The notes beneath the pieces are model-generated. The model saw only the letters and a program-made list of their open reading frames with translations, did not search any database and was not told where the DNA came from. Position numbers and translations under genes: made by a program. From NCBI GenBank assembly GCA_031420675.1, contig JANONE010000188.1:1-42135 (forward strand): a DNA stretch of 42,135 bases, given 5' to 3'. This document shows, piece after piece, positions 41,476-42,135 of the stretch. Origin of the DNA: Ilumatobacteraceae bacterium (GTDB lineage: Bacteria > Actinomycetota > Acidimicrobiia > Acidimicrobiales > Ilumatobacteraceae). How positions within the stretch are numbered: position 1 is the stretch's first letter; every line of letters starts with the position of its first letter.

Positions 41476-42135
41476 ATGCTTCGTTCCCGCCGCCTCACCC
41501 TCGCTGCCGCCGCCGTGCTCATTGGTCTGTCGGGCTGCGGCGACAGCGCCCCGCGTACGACCGCAGCCCAGCCGCCCGCCGTGATCCATCTCAGTGGGGT
41601 GCCGGCGGGGAGCAACACCGAGAGTGTCACGGCTGATCGCATGATGATGCCGATACAGGACGTCACGTTCGTGTTCGACGGCAGCGCACCCGATCTCGGT
41701 GCCGATGCGCTGGCATGGACCCTGCCCGGCGCCGTGCAACTCGACCCGGCGCGAATCGCGGAGGTCGCCCAACTGTTCGGCGTGGACGGCGAGGTGCGTG
41801 AAGTAACTGCCGACCAGGGCGGCGGTTGGATGGTCGGCGCTGCCGACTACAGCACGGCCGCGTTGACGGTGAGCGCCGACGCGTTGTCGACTTGGTGGTT
41901 CAACCTATCCCCGGCCGCTTTCGAGACGGCGTCATGCGTCGATCCCCGCGGGTCTGCGGGCCCCGACATGAGCGCAACCGGTTGGCGTGTCGCCGGTTGC
42001 CGTGTCGCCGACTCGACAGTGCCCGTCTGTTCACCCCCTCCACCGCCGACGAACGTGCCCGATGAGGCCACCGCGCGCACTGCCGCCGAGCAACTGTTCG
42101 CCGACATGGGCTACGACAGCGCCGCCTACGACTAC
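41476..42135 (+). CDS. secreted lipoprotein, unknown function; 3' end lies outside the window
   Basis: Absent from the ORF track because it is open at the right edge. My translation from ATG 41476 reads MLRSRRLTLAAAAVLIGLSGCGDSAPRTT... (lipobox LSGC). The frame is open for all 220 codons to 42135. An AAGGA SD lies 9 nt upstream. Confidence 0.7.
   Translation, partial: MLRSRRLTLAAAAVLIGLSGCGDSAPRTTAAQPPAVIHLSGVPAGSNTESVTADRMMMPIQDVTFVFDGSAPDLGADALAWTLPGAVQLDPARIAEVAQLFGVDGEVREVTADQGGGWMVGAADYSTAALTVSADALSTWWFNLSPAAFETASCVDPRGSAGPDMSATGWRVAGCRVADSTVPVCSPPPPPTNVPDEATARTAAEQLFADMGYDSAAYDY

Overview
Visibly high-GC chromosomal segment (G+C not computed) with an Actinomycetota-type gene set: a Kgd/OdhA-type fused 2-oxoglutarate dehydrogenase, CysQ, an LLM-class oxidoreductase, a SepIVA-like protein and many apparently leaderless genes. 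I support about 44 protein genes. I recognised no rRNA, tRNA, CRISPR array, transposase, integrase or phage genes. All family calls come from motif recognition in the supplied translations and my own translations, not from a search.

Layout:
- 1-12.3 kb: an ettA / small TM protein / cysQ / crotonase operon; a PuuD-like membrane protein convergent with an azurin-like lipoprotein; kgd; a HAD hydrolase; an NYN-S1 RNase / xthA / thioesterase operon.
- 12.3-24.4 kb: a looser block with a UvrD2-like helicase, a bPH-SHOCT membrane protein, an LLM-galK-SMP30 operon, a hydrolase, a methyltransferase, lipoproteins, and an mcr / PIG-L / histidine-phosphatase operon.
- 24.4-42.1 kb: pckG, then a deeply conserved housekeeping cluster: rpmB | yloV-recG | rsmD-coaD-sepIVA-like-yceD-rpmF-plsX-acp-rnc-fpg-smc-ftsY.

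Two edge-truncated CDSs are missing from the ORF track: 1..664 (minus) and 41476..42135 (plus).

I do not see a convincing self-contained novel system such as a defence island. The best leads, in rough order:
1. A Regnase/NYN-like RNase fused to an S1-like domain and a 180-aa Lys/Ala/Pro tail.
2. A 310-bp convergent spacer carrying twin CGAGTA-NN-TACTCG palindromes.
3. An rnc gene whose conserved N-terminus lies upstream of any canonical start codon (candidate ATT start).
4. A lipoprotein gene split by a frameshift at a C5 run (CCC-CGA).
5. A PIG-L deacetylase translationally coupled to a histidine phosphatase.
6. 10-bp back-to-back -10 modules driving divergent leaderless genes.
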